Of a stretch of DNA of 64,000 nucleotides, positions 9,782 through 18,992 are shown one piece after another. The first letter of the stretch is position 1. Each line of letters opens with the position of its first letter. Under the pieces are notes generated by a model that saw only the letters and a program-made list of their open reading frames with translations, did no database searches and was not told the origin of the DNA. The translations under genes and the position numbers were made by a program. Origin of the DNA: an uncultured Candidatus Binatia bacterium (lineage in GTDB: Bacteria; Desulfobacterota; Binatia; UBA9968; JAJDTQ01); contig OZ244070.1 of assembly GCA_965215605.1 (NCBI GenBank), positions 160,001 to 224,000 on the forward strand, in the 5' to 3' direction.

Positions 9782-10300
9782 ATGAGCCGTATCACACCGC
9801 CTCTCAACTTCTCCAAGTGGATCGACGAGCACCGTCACCTGCTCAAGCCCCCGGTGGGCAACCAGGTGGTCTACAAGGACACCGAGTTCACGGTCATGGT
9901 GGTGGGCGGACCCAACACGCGCAAGGACTACCACGTGGACGAGGGCGAGGAGTTCTTCTACCAGCTCGAAGGCGACATGACGCTCAGGATCATGGAAGAC
10001 GGCGCACCCAAGGACATCCCCATCCGGGCCGGCGAGATCTTCCTGCTGCCGCCCAAGGTGCCGCACTCGCCGCAACGGCGGGCGGACACCGTGGGCCTCG
10101 TCATCGAGCGCCAGCGGCGCGACGGCGAGCTGGACCGGTTCCAGTGGTACTGCGACGACTGCCACGCCAAGATCTACGAGGAATCGGTGCAGCTCACCGA
10201 CATCGTCGCCCAGCTCCCGCCCATCTTCGAGCGCTTCTGGAACAACCAGGACAACCGGAAGTGTGACGGCTGCGGCTCGGTGATGGAGCCGGTCAACTGA
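9782..10300 (+). CDS. nbaC: 3-hydroxyanthranilate 3,4-dioxygenase
   Basis: LKPPVGN, VGGPN.RKDYH...GEEFFYQ, PHSPQR and two CxxC rubredoxin-like pairs. Confidence 0.95.
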   Translation: MSRITPPLNFSKWIDEHRHLLKPPVGNQVVYKDTEFTVMVVGGPNTRKDYHVDEGEEFFYQLEGDMTLRIMEDGAPKDIPIRAGEIFLLPPKVPHSPQRRADTVGLVIERQRRDGELDRFQWYCDDCHAKIYEESVQLTDIVAQLPPIFERFWNNQDNRKCDGCGSVMEPVN

Positions 10301-10899
10301 GCCGCGAGTCGGACGCACCCGTCTCCACCTTCTACCGCGGGCTGGCCAACAGCCTGACCCTGGGGCGCTTCGCTGCCCCTCTCCCGTTCATCTACCTCAT
10401 GCTGGAAAGCCACGGCGGGGCCTCTCGCTCCACCGGCGCGCTGCTCTTCGTCCTGTATCTGGTGACCGCGTTCTCCGACCTGCTGGACGGATACTTTGCC
10501 CGCAAGGCCGGCTCCGCGAGCGCCAAGTGGGGACGGCTGGATGTGCTGGCGGACGTGTGGTTCAATACGTCCGCTCTGCTGGCGGCGGCGTGGCTCGGAA
10601 TCGTAGGCTACTGGGTGCCGCTGGGGATAGCTGTTCTCGCGGCGCAGTTCCTGCACCGGAACCGGACTACCCTGCCCGAGCGACGGTCCCGGCTCCGCGA
10701 GGACCTTCCGGGCAAGGCCGCCGGAGTCGTCTACTACCTGCTGGTGGGCGCCGTGGCCCTGGGAATCTGGCTGGACGATGGCCGGTGGTCCGCCTGGACC
10801 GGGTGGGTGGGCAATGCGGTCTTCGTGTACACGGCCCTCGTATTCGCACGGAATCTCCGGCGCAACGCAAATGCCGGATCATCTTCGACCCGGTTGTAG
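10297..10899 (+). CDS. CDP-alcohol phosphatidyltransferase family protein
   Basis: ANSLTLGR and SDLLDGYFAR..S..WGRLDVLAD motifs; the conserved N-terminus lies upstream of ATG 10399, so a CTG start at 10297 is inferred. Confidence 0.8.
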   Translation: MSRESDAPVSTFYRGLANSLTLGRFAAPLPFIYLMLESHGGASRSTGALLFVLYLVTAFSDLLDGYFARKAGSASAKWGRLDVLADVWFNTSALLAAAWLGIVGYWVPLGIAVLAAQFLHRNRTTLPERRSRLREDLPGKAAGVVYYLLVGAVALGIWLDDGRWSAWTGWVGNAVFVYTALVFARNLRRNANAGSSSTRL

Positions 10900-10963
10900 C
10901 CAAGCACCCTCCGGCACCACCTGTGCTTTCAAATCTTCCGGGTTCACGACCTTGCTGCGCCCA

Positions 10964-12238
10964 TCAACAAGCGCTCCGGTCACCAGTGTACAGCTTCAGA
11001 GGCATGAGGCACGCCGCCGACAGGAAAACGAAAATTCCCGCCAGGACGAACGCGGAGCCGATCCCGTAGTGATCCGCAAGATACCCGGCGACGATCGGAG
11101 TCGGGAGCACGGCCACCTGGGCGATGACGGTGGTGAGGCCCTGGGACGAGGCCTGCACGTTGGCGCCGGAGACGTCCGAGATCACCGCCGTAAGCACGTT
11201 CATCAGGGTGTAGAAGAAGGTGCCGATGACGATGATGACAAGGGTCAGGGGCGCCACGGGCGGAGCCACGGCAAGAAGCATATACAGGGCGCCCAGCACG
11301 AACATCGATGGAACCAGTACCGGTTTCCGGCCGTAGCGATCGGACAGATAGCCCAGCGGGGTCTGCGAGAAGATTCCCACGACGTGAAGGAGGAAGACGT
11401 AGACGCCGAGCGCCTCGCCCGAGAAATGGAGCTCCTCGACAAGATAAACGGGCAGGAAAGAAAGGATGACGACGCGGCCCATGGTGAGGAGGCCCCTCGA
11501 CGCCGATATCGCCACGAACGAGCCCTTTCGCAGCAACGCCATCATTTCCCGGAAACGCGTGGTGCGAGACGGGGCTCTCGTGTCCTGCCTGAAGGCGCCG
11601 AGCAGACCGCGCAGGACAAGAAAGCCGAAAAACACTCCCGGCACGATGTGCCACCAGAGCACCCCTTCCCAAGGCAAGGCGGCCACGAGCACTCCCTGGG
11701 CCAGTGGCGACAGGCTGTCGCTCACCGTGGCGCCGGTGCCGTGGACAGCCATGGCCGTGGCCCGGCGTTGGGGGAACTTGGAAGTGAGCGTGGCCGCGGC
11801 CGTAGGGTGCCACAGCGCCGTGCCGAAACCGATGAGCACGCTGGCGGCGAAGGCCGTCCAGAAACCGCCGCCGCTGCCGAACAGGAGATAGGCGAGCCCC
11901 ATCATGACCAACGACGAGGCCAGGATCACGTCCCGATGCCGGTACAGCGAGTCCCCCAGCATGCCGGCGGGCAGATTGAGGGTGCCCTGTCCGAACTGCC
12001 GCGCCGCCGCCAGCGCCCCGTACTGAACCCCGCTGAGACCCAGCCCCACCTTGATGAACGGCTGGGCCACGGTGAACAGCTGCTGGAACCAATGGATCGC
12101 GATGTGCCCGCTGGTCACGACGCCCAGCAGCCGGACCCGTTCCCGCCCCAGTTCCCGGGCCTCGGCCACGAGACGCCGGGCGCCTGAGCGGATGAACGAA
12201 GGGGACGGCGAAATGGTACGCGAACGTCGAAAGGCCAA
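10964..12238 (-). CDS. MFS transporter (FSR-like)
   Basis: GH...H in TM1, WHP and GYLSDRYGRK motifs; start uncertain. Confidence 0.85.
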   Translation of the reverse strand: MAFRRSRTISPSPSFIRSGARRLVAEARELGRERVRLLGVVTSGHIAIHWFQQLFTVAQPFIKVGLGLSGVQYGALAAARQFGQGTLNLPAGMLGDSLYRHRDVILASSLVMMGLAYLLFGSGGGFWTAFAASVLIGFGTALWHPTAAATLTSKFPQRRATAMAVHGTGATVSDSLSPLAQGVLVAALPWEGVLWWHIVPGVFFGFLVLRGLLGAFRQDTRAPSRTTRFREMMALLRKGSFVAISASRGLLTMGRVVILSFLPVYLVEELHFSGEALGVYVFLLHVVGIFSQTPLGYLSDRYGRKPVLVPSMFVLGALYMLLAVAPPVAPLTLVIIVIGTFFYTLMNVLTAVISDVSGANVQASSQGLTTVIAQVAVLPTPIVAGYLADHYGIGSAFVLAGIFVFLSAACLMPLKLYTGDRSAC

Positions 12239-12241
12239 CGC

Positions 12242-13204
12242 TCAGTCCCCCAACCTGCGCCTGGAGAACAGGTCCGCGTAGACCCTGGGCAGGAAGATCA
12301 GGCCGAAGGAGCCGTTGGCCAGCATGAAGGTCAGGTGGGCGGCGAGGCTGTAGGCGAGCAGGTCCGCCTCGGCGGCATAGCCGCCGAAAAAGAAGATCCA
12401 GGCGGCTTGGGAGGTGCCGAGGTGGGCCACGGTCACGGGCAGCGCGGCCACCAGATAGACGATGGGCAGGAACGCCAGCAGCGGCAACATCGGGACCTCG
12501 ATGCCGAAGAACGTCAGCGCCCTGGCGTGGACCAGGAGCGAAAGGAAGAACACCGAGCCCTTGAGGAGCAGGATCCCCAAGGCTTGGCGCAGCCGGACCT
12601 TCCGGAACGTCGACAAGAGCACGTTGCCGCCCGCCCGCCGCCCCAGCGCGCCGAGCCCGCCGCGGGCGATGCCGAGGACGGTGATCCACAGCAGGGCCAG
12701 CAGCGCCGGCAACACGAAGAACACCGCCGGGGCGCCGCCGGGAAAGACTGCCGAGCCCAGGGTGGCGAAGAAGATCAGATTGGTGGCCTCCAGCAGGATA
12801 AGCAGCACGACGGAGCTGGTGATTTCCCCCAGGGGGGTGCGGAAGCGGCGGTTCAGGTAAAGCGCCAGCGCGGCCTGGCCAAGCTGCGTGTTGATGATGG
12901 CAACCACATAGGTGGACGCCCGCACCGGCAGAAGCTCCCGGTAGCGGATCGGCCCGTGGAACCAGCGGATCAACATGGTGAGCACCGTGGAGTCCAAGAG
13001 GAAGAAACACAGCGAGAAGAATCCCATAAGGGCGAAGAACGGCAGCAGCCGCGCGCCGGAGACTGCCTCCCAGAAGGCCTGGAACGGGATGCGCCAGAAG
13101 ATGATCCCGAAGATGACGATGGTGAGCGCCGCCGGGATGAGCCGCGCCCACACGCTTGGCTCCTTGGGCGGAGCCGCTGCTTCACGAGTGGCGGAGTCGT
13201 TCAC
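12242..13204 (-). CDS. Lysylphosphatidylglycerol-synthase TM domain (UPF0104 flippase-like) protein
   Basis: Multi-TM protein with an LPVTVAHLGTSQAAW motif resembling 'lP.t.gGlG..E'. Confidence 0.7.
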   Translation of the reverse strand: MNDSATREAAAPPKEPSVWARLIPAALTIVIFGIIFWRIPFQAFWEAVSGARLLPFFALMGFFSLCFFLLDSTVLTMLIRWFHGPIRYRELLPVRASTYVVAIINTQLGQAALALYLNRRFRTPLGEITSSVVLLILLEATNLIFFATLGSAVFPGGAPAVFFVLPALLALLWITVLGIARGGLGALGRRAGGNVLLSTFRKVRLRQALGILLLKGSVFFLSLLVHARALTFFGIEVPMLPLLAFLPIVYLVAALPVTVAHLGTSQAAWIFFFGGYAAEADLLAYSLAAHLTFMLANGSFGLIFLPRVYADLFSRRRLGD

Positions 13205-13219
13205 TTGTCTCTTCCAGAA

Positions 13220-14125
13220 TCATCGGGCGGACAGCCCGTCCAACAGTTCGTTCAACGGCGTCAACGGGAACGGCAGGAGTTGCCGTGTTTCCGTGGCGTC
13301 GCCCAGGTGTTCGTTGAACAGCGTATCGAAAAGAGTCCAGTTCCAGCCCCGTCCCAGCCGCCCCGCGATGATCGCCGTTCCCTCCGCCAACCACCCGGGT
13401 ACGCCCAGGACCAGCGGCCGGCGGCCGGCGCGCTCGGCCGCCCGGCGCAGCAGCTCGACGTAGGTCAGGGTCTCGGGACCCACCAGATCCAGCACACGGA
13501 CCGGCGGGCTCTCCACCGCCATCGCCCATTGGATGGCGCCGACCACGTCCGCCAACCCCACCGGCTGGATACGGACCCTCCCGCCCCGCACGAGCGGCAC
13601 CACCCGCTTCCCGGCCAGATGAAGAAGCGTCCGCGTGGAAGGCGTACCCGGCCCCAACACCATGGGGACACGGAACACCACCGCCTCGAACCCGGCCCGG
13701 CGTATGGACGATTCGGCCCGAGCCTTGGAACGGAGGTACCGGTTGGGTGAAGCCAGCTCCGCGCCGGGTGCGCTCAGATAGACGAACCGCCGGACGCCGG
13801 CTGTCTGGGCGGCGGCGACGGCCGACCGGGTGGTGGCCACGTTGGCGTCATCGAGCTGCTCGCCGCGCCGGGGTTGCAGGGCGCCCGCAAGATGTATGAC
13901 GGTGGCGACGCCCTTCAGCGCATCCGTCAGAGAGCTGGCATCGCCGTAGTCGACCTGCAGGACCTTGACCGGGAGACCGTCGAGGACGGCGGCCTGCGCC
14001 GGGCCCCTGACCAGGGCGCGCACGCCTTGGGCGGCAGGCGGCGCGGTTTCCGCCAAACGGCGGATCAACGCCTTCCCCAATACGCCGTTGGCTCCGGTGA
14101 CTACGGTGGCGATGAGATTCGTCAT
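13220..14125 (-). CDS. NAD-dependent epimerase/dehydratase (atypical SDR)
   Basis: VTGANGVLG, HLAG, YLRSK, QPV..ADV and GPETLTY motifs. Confidence 0.85.
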   Translation of the reverse strand: MTNLIATVVTGANGVLGKALIRRLAETAPPAAQGVRALVRGPAQAAVLDGLPVKVLQVDYGDASSLTDALKGVATVIHLAGALQPRRGEQLDDANVATTRSAVAAAQTAGVRRFVYLSAPGAELASPNRYLRSKARAESSIRRAGFEAVVFRVPMVLGPGTPSTRTLLHLAGKRVVPLVRGGRVRIQPVGLADVVGAIQWAMAVESPPVRVLDLVGPETLTYVELLRRAAERAGRRPLVLGVPGWLAEGTAIIAGRLGRGWNWTLFDTLFNEHLGDATETRQLLPFPLTPLNELLDGLSAR

Positions 14126-14197
14126 CCCGGGCTTGACCAGGGAGCCAGGGATGGGGAGGACGACGACGCGCTTCCCCTGCCCTGCCGACCCGGCGCT

Positions 14198-15442
14198 TCA
14201 ACTGAGCATCCGGTGCGTCGGCGCCAGGAGCTTCTCCACCGGCAGCCCATGGGTGCACGATCCCGCGCAGTCCTGGGTCGGGCAGGTAAGGCAGGCGGCG
14301 GCGCCGCTGCCGAGAAGGGCGTACTCGCTGCGCGCCAGCTTCTCGTCCTGGTAGTCCCGGGCGTACATGCGGGTCCTCAGCACGTCGGCGATGGGGACGC
14401 CGTAGGGACAGGCGTTCTCGCAGTCGTTGCAGGCATGACGGCAGTACGAGGCCCCGTTCATGCGCGCGTAGCCCTTGAGCAGCTCGAAGTCGCCACGGGC
14501 CGCGGTGGTCCAGCCCGAGGCGCCCAGATACTCCCGGGTCGTCCCCGTATCGGTCATGGAGATGATCAGCGCGTGCACCTGGGGGTTGGACAGGACCCAG
14601 CGGAACGCCGCCTGGGCATAGGTGGCGCCGTCCTTCTCGAACGGCCGCATGTCGTTGAGACGCGCGCCCATGAGGGTCTTCATGGCGATGACGCCCACGT
14701 TCTTCGTCTTCGCCTTGTCGAGCACCCGCGGCAGATCCGGCTGACGCGCGATGAAATCGAAGCCCTGGGTGAAACGTTCGTAGAACTTCGGATCCTGGCC
14801 GAAGTTGTAGGCCACCAGGATCACGTCCACCATGTCCCGGTCCAGCGCATAGTCCAGGCACGGGATGAGCCGTCCGGCGTGACCGGACAGGCCCGAGAAG
14901 CGGATCTTCCCCTGCCGCCTGGCCTGGGCCACGAACTCGTGCCACTCGGGGTTCTCGAGCCGGCCCACGCTGTTGACCGCGTGGGTGAAGTAGACGTCCA
15001 CGTAGTCTGTCTGCAGGCGCCGCAGGCTGGCCTCGAGGGAGCGCATCATCGAGGCCCGGTCTTCGCTGGCGCTGGTGTGGGTCTTGGAGGCGATGAAGAC
15101 CTTGTCCCGCTTGCCCCGGAGCGCGTTGCCGATGGTGATTTCGGAATCGCCGCCGCGGTAGCTCTCCGCCGTATCGAAGTAGTTGATGCCGCGGTCCAGA
15201 GCATCCAGCACGAGGTTTTCCTCGCCGGCGTCAAGCCGGCTGGAGCCGAAAGAGATGTCGGAGATCTCGAGTCCCGTGCGGCCCAGGGTGACGTAGCGCT
15301 TCACCTCGGCCCGGGACTCCGCCCGCGCCGCCCCGCCGGCCGCTCCCGCAAGGGGCAAAAGGCCCGCGGCCACCCCTGCCATGGCACCTCGCCGCAGAAG
15401 CTCCCGCCGGCCCAGCTTCTCACCATCGTCGGACTTTTTCAT
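14198..15442 (-). CDS. Aldo/keto reductase with Tat-like signal and C-terminal Fe-S cysteines
   Basis: GRRELL twin-Arg, LGRTGL, FDTAESY, SLRRLQTDYVD, CRHACNDCENACP and CLTC....C...C. Confidence 0.85.
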   Translation of the reverse strand: MKKSDDGEKLGRRELLRRGAMAGVAAGLLPLAGAAGGAARAESRAEVKRYVTLGRTGLEISDISFGSSRLDAGEENLVLDALDRGINYFDTAESYRGGDSEITIGNALRGKRDKVFIASKTHTSASEDRASMMRSLEASLRRLQTDYVDVYFTHAVNSVGRLENPEWHEFVAQARRQGKIRFSGLSGHAGRLIPCLDYALDRDMVDVILVAYNFGQDPKFYERFTQGFDFIARQPDLPRVLDKAKTKNVGVIAMKTLMGARLNDMRPFEKDGATYAQAAFRWVLSNPQVHALIISMTDTGTTREYLGASGWTTAARGDFELLKGYARMNGASYCRHACNDCENACPYGVPIADVLRTRMYARDYQDEKLARSEYALLGSGAAACLTCPTQDCAGSCTHGLPVEKLLAPTHRMLS

Positions 15443-15543
15443 GGTGCCTCCTCGGTCCCTGGATGGGCAGATTGACGCGCGACAACGCTTCCGTTCAGTA
15501 CACAGGAAAGGAGATGAAATGTCCAACGGAACGAACCCCGGGG

Positions 15544-16263
15544 TCACTCCCCGGCCACCCCTACCAGCGAGTTGAGCAGCGGCTCGTCCGCCGCCAGGTC
15601 GGCGCTGGGGCCGTCGTAGACGATGCGGCCGCGGTTCATCACCACCGTCCGTTCGGAGAACTCCAGGGCGATGCCGGTGTGTTGCTCCACCAGGATGATG
15701 GTGAGCCCCTCCTGGGAGCGGAGCGTGTGCATGGCTTCCACCAGTTGCTCGATGATCACCGGCGCCAGCCCCTCGGTGGGCTCGTCCATGAGCAGCACCG
15801 ACGGATTCCCCACCAGCGCCCGGGCGATGGCCAGCATCTGCTGCTCGCCGCCGGAGAGCTGATTGCCCTTGTGGGTCCTGCGCGCCGCCAGTTGCGGAAA
15901 CAACTCGAAGACCTGCTCGAAGGTCCAGCCGCCGGCCCGGCGCGCCACGGCGAGATTCTCGTGCAGGGTCAACGACGGGAACACCTCGCGTTCCTGGGGG
16001 ACGTGGCCGAGGCCGGCGCGCACCCGGTCGTAGGTCCTGGCATTGGAGATGTCCCGGCCGGCCAACTCGATACGCCCGGAGTGGAGCGTCGTGTAGCCCA
16101 TGACGGTTCCCAGGAGCGTGGTCTTCCCCACCCCGTTGCGGCCGACGATGCTCAGCCGCTCGCCGCGCCGGAGGGCCAGGTCGATGTCCTCGAGCACGAC
16201 GGTCCTGCCGTGGCCGGCGTTGACGGCGGCCAGCTCCAGCGCCTTGTCCGCGTGCGCGCTCAA
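15544..16263 (-). CDS. livF: HAAT-family ABC transporter ATPase (LivF-like)
   Basis: GRNGVGKTT, LSGGEQQML, DEPTEGLAP; TTG start overlapping the upstream stop. Confidence 0.88.
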   Translation of the reverse strand: MSAHADKALELAAVNAGHGRTVVLEDIDLALRRGERLSIVGRNGVGKTTLLGTVMGYTTLHSGRIELAGRDISNARTYDRVRAGLGHVPQEREVFPSLTLHENLAVARRAGGWTFEQVFELFPQLAARRTHKGNQLSGGEQQMLAIARALVGNPSVLLMDEPTEGLAPVIIEQLVEAMHTLRSQEGLTIILVEQHTGIALEFSERTVVMNRGRIVYDGPSADLAADEPLLNSLVGVAGE

Positions 16264-17030
16264 CGCCTTCCTCCGTGCAGCTCGGCGTTCTCCCCGAGAT
16301 AGACCTCCTGCACGCGCGGGTCCGCGCCCACCTCGGCGGGGGTCCCCTCGGTGAGGATCGCACCCGACACCAGCACCGTGACCCTTTGGGCGAAGCGGAA
16401 GACAATGTCCATGTCGTGTTCGATCATGAGCACCGCCATGGACTCGGGCAGGGCCTCCACCGCCTCCAGGAGCACATGGCTCTCCCCCGACGGCACCCCC
16501 GCGGCGGGCTCGTCCAGCAGCAGCACCTTGGGGCGCAGGCCCAGCGCAATGGCCAGCTCCACCAGCCGCTGCCGGCCGTAGGGAAGCTCCCGTACCTGTC
16601 TCCGGGCGTCGGCGTCGAGCTTCACGGATTCGAGCAGCCCCATTCCTTCGGCGATCACGTCGCGGCGGGCGTCGGCGCGACGCCACAGCCTCGCCGAGAG
16701 GGAGCGTCGCTCGCTGATGCCCATGCAAATGTTCTCTATGACGCTCAGGCCGCGGAACAGGGTGTTGATCTGGAAGGTCCGGGCCAGCCCGTGCTTCACC
16801 CGGCGCGCCTGAGGCCAGTGGGTGATGTCGTTGCCGTCCAGCATGATGGCGCCCGCGGAGGGCTCCACGGTGCCGGTGACGAGATTCACCAGGGTGGTCT
16901 TGCCCGCGCCGTTGGGTCCGATGAGTGCATGCCGGGCGCCGGGCCGGAGCGCCAGCGAAATCCCGTCCGCCACCACCAGCGCGCCGAAGCTCTTGCACAG
17001 GTCACGGACCTCCAACAGCGGCTCGCTCAT
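16260..17030 (-). CDS. livG: HAAT-family ABC transporter ATPase (LivG-like)
   Basis: GPNGAGKTT, ARTFQ, LDEPAAG, IEHDM and VYLG motifs. Confidence 0.9.
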   Translation of the reverse strand: MSEPLLEVRDLCKSFGALVVADGISLALRPGARHALIGPNGAGKTTLVNLVTGTVEPSAGAIMLDGNDITHWPQARRVKHGLARTFQINTLFRGLSVIENICMGISERRSLSARLWRRADARRDVIAEGMGLLESVKLDADARRQVRELPYGRQRLVELAIALGLRPKVLLLDEPAAGVPSGESHVLLEAVEALPESMAVLMIEHDMDIVFRFAQRVTVLVSGAILTEGTPAEVGADPRVQEVYLGENAELHGGRR

Positions 17031-18010
17031 GGCGCCTCCCGCCTGGCCCGGACGCCGTAGCGCTTGATCACTCCCAGGATGCCCTCCGGGGCGTACAGAA
17101 TGGTGGCCACCAGCAGCGCGCCGATGCCGAAAAGCCAGTACTCCGGGCTGAGCCTGGCGAGATGGTCCTGCAGGATCATGTAAACCGGCGCGCCGATGAA
17201 AGCGCCGTACAGCCGGCCGGTGCCGCCCAGGATCAGCATGATCATCACGTCGCCGGAGCGTTCGAAGCTGAGCACGTCGAGGGCCACGAACTCGGTGGTC
17301 TGGGCCAGCAGGGCGCCGGCGATGCCGGCCATGACCGCGGCGATGGTGTAGGCCCGCAGCATCTGGCGGTACACCGGGCAGCCGATGGCGTGCATGCGGC
17401 GCTCGTTCTCACGGATTCCCCGCAGCGACTGGCCGAAGGACGAGTTCACGATGGCGCGGGCGGCGACGAACACCACGAACAGCACCGCCAGCGCGTACAG
17501 ATACGCGGTCCGGCCATGGAGATCGAACTCGAAGAGCCCCAGAAGCGGCTCCATCACCACCCCTTGCAGGCCGTCGTCGCCGCCGGTCCAGTGCTCCTGC
17601 TCGTTGGCCAGCTCCTGCAACAGGATGGTGACGGCCAGAGTGAGCATCAACAGGGTGAGTCCGCGGGTAGACAGGATGACGGCGCCGCACACGAAACCCA
17701 CGACACCTGCCGCCAGGCCCGCGATCACCAGTCCGCTCAAAGGCTCGCTCCAGCCCAGGTGCGCCGACAGGATGCCGGCGGCGTACGCCCCGGTGCCGAA
17801 CAACGCCGCGTGCCCCAGCGACACGATGCCGGCGTAGCCCAGGATAATATCCAGGGACATGGCGAAGAGCACCATGATGAGGATCTGGGAACCAAGCTGC
17901 AGATAGTCCGGGAACAGGAAGAAGCCCAGCACCGCGGCCAGCCAGGGCAGAAGTTCGGCGGGACGGATGGCCGCCGTTAGCAGCGGGTTGCGGTACGCTG
18001 ATTGTTCCAT
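17027..18010 (-). CDS. livM: HAAT-family ABC permease (LivM-like)
   Basis: GYAGIVSLGHAALFG, TGGDDG, IRENE and ILGG motifs. Confidence 0.9.
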   Translation of the reverse strand: MEQSAYRNPLLTAAIRPAELLPWLAAVLGFFLFPDYLQLGSQILIMVLFAMSLDIILGYAGIVSLGHAALFGTGAYAAGILSAHLGWSEPLSGLVIAGLAAGVVGFVCGAVILSTRGLTLLMLTLAVTILLQELANEQEHWTGGDDGLQGVVMEPLLGLFEFDLHGRTAYLYALAVLFVVFVAARAIVNSSFGQSLRGIRENERRMHAIGCPVYRQMLRAYTIAAVMAGIAGALLAQTTEFVALDVLSFERSGDVMIMLILGGTGRLYGAFIGAPVYMILQDHLARLSPEYWLFGIGALLVATILYAPEGILGVIKRYGVRARREAP

Positions 18011-18046
18011 GTGAACGCGTTGTTCCTGCGCCTGCGGAGTGGACAG

Positions 18047-18907
18047 CTACCGGGCGTAGAACCCTTGCGGCCGCCACAGAAGCAGCACGATGGTCACCGC
18101 GAAGATGAAGAAGGCGCCGAAGGCGGGGAGGTAGTATTTTCCCGCGGTGTCCACGACCCCAAGGATCAGGGCCGCCAGAAACGCGCCACGCAGACTCCCC
18201 AAGCCGCCCACGGCCACCACGATAAGGAAATAGACGAGGTATTCGAGCGCATAGGTGGGGGTCAACCCGAGGATCTCGGTGCCCAGCGCGCCCCCCAACG
18301 CCGCCAGCGCGCTCCCGAGGGCGAAGGTCAACGTGAACAACCGGCGGATGTTGATGCCGACGGCTTCGGCCATGCGCTGGTTGTCCACCGCGGCCCGCAC
18401 CTTGGCCCCCAGCAGCGTACGCTCGAAGCCGTACCAGAGGCCGATGACGACGGCGACGCTGACCAGCATGATGAAAGTGCGGTAGGTAGGAAACTGCCGG
18501 AAACCCAGGTCCACCTGGCCCTTGAGATAGGAGGGGACGTCGAGCTGCACGTTCAGCGGCCCCCAGATGAACGTGCACACGGCGATGCCCATGAACACCA
18601 AGCCGATGGTCAGGAGAACCTGCTGCAGCTCGTCGGCGCCGTAAAGGCGGCGGTACAGAGTCCGCTCCAGCACGATGCTGATGAGCGCCACCGCAAGGCA
18701 GGCCAGCGGCGCGCCCAGCAGGAACGGCGCCCCCCAATCCCGGATAAGGGACACCGCGATATACCCGCCCAGCATGGCGAACATGCCGTGGGCCAGGTTC
18801 ACGAAGCCCATGAGGCCCATGGTCACGGAGAGCCCCACCGAAATGATGAACAGGATCATTGCGAACGCGAGGCCGTCGAACGCAATGCTGATGAGGGAGT
18901 TGATCAC
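18047..18907 (-). CDS. livH: HAAT-family ABC permease (LivH-like)
   Basis: GLSVTMGLMGFVNLAHG and VAVGGLGS motifs. Confidence 0.9.
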   Translation of the reverse strand: MINSLISIAFDGLAFAMILFIISVGLSVTMGLMGFVNLAHGMFAMLGGYIAVSLIRDWGAPFLLGAPLACLAVALISIVLERTLYRRLYGADELQQVLLTIGLVFMGIAVCTFIWGPLNVQLDVPSYLKGQVDLGFRQFPTYRTFIMLVSVAVVIGLWYGFERTLLGAKVRAAVDNQRMAEAVGINIRRLFTLTFALGSALAALGGALGTEILGLTPTYALEYLVYFLIVVAVGGLGSLRGAFLAALILGVVDTAGKYYLPAFGAFFIFAVTIVLLLWRPQGFYAR

Positions 18908-18992
18908 GAAGAAAGGGTTGAGGGCCCGCCCGTGGCACGGGCGCGCCGCCCCGTGTCGTCACGGAGCGGCGCCGTGCGGTGCGAAGCCGCCG

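Noticed and set aside
14198-16405. Apparent 735-aa fusion ORF
   Set aside because: The N-terminal part is an off-frame read of livF; the real AKR starts at 15442 with an RBS
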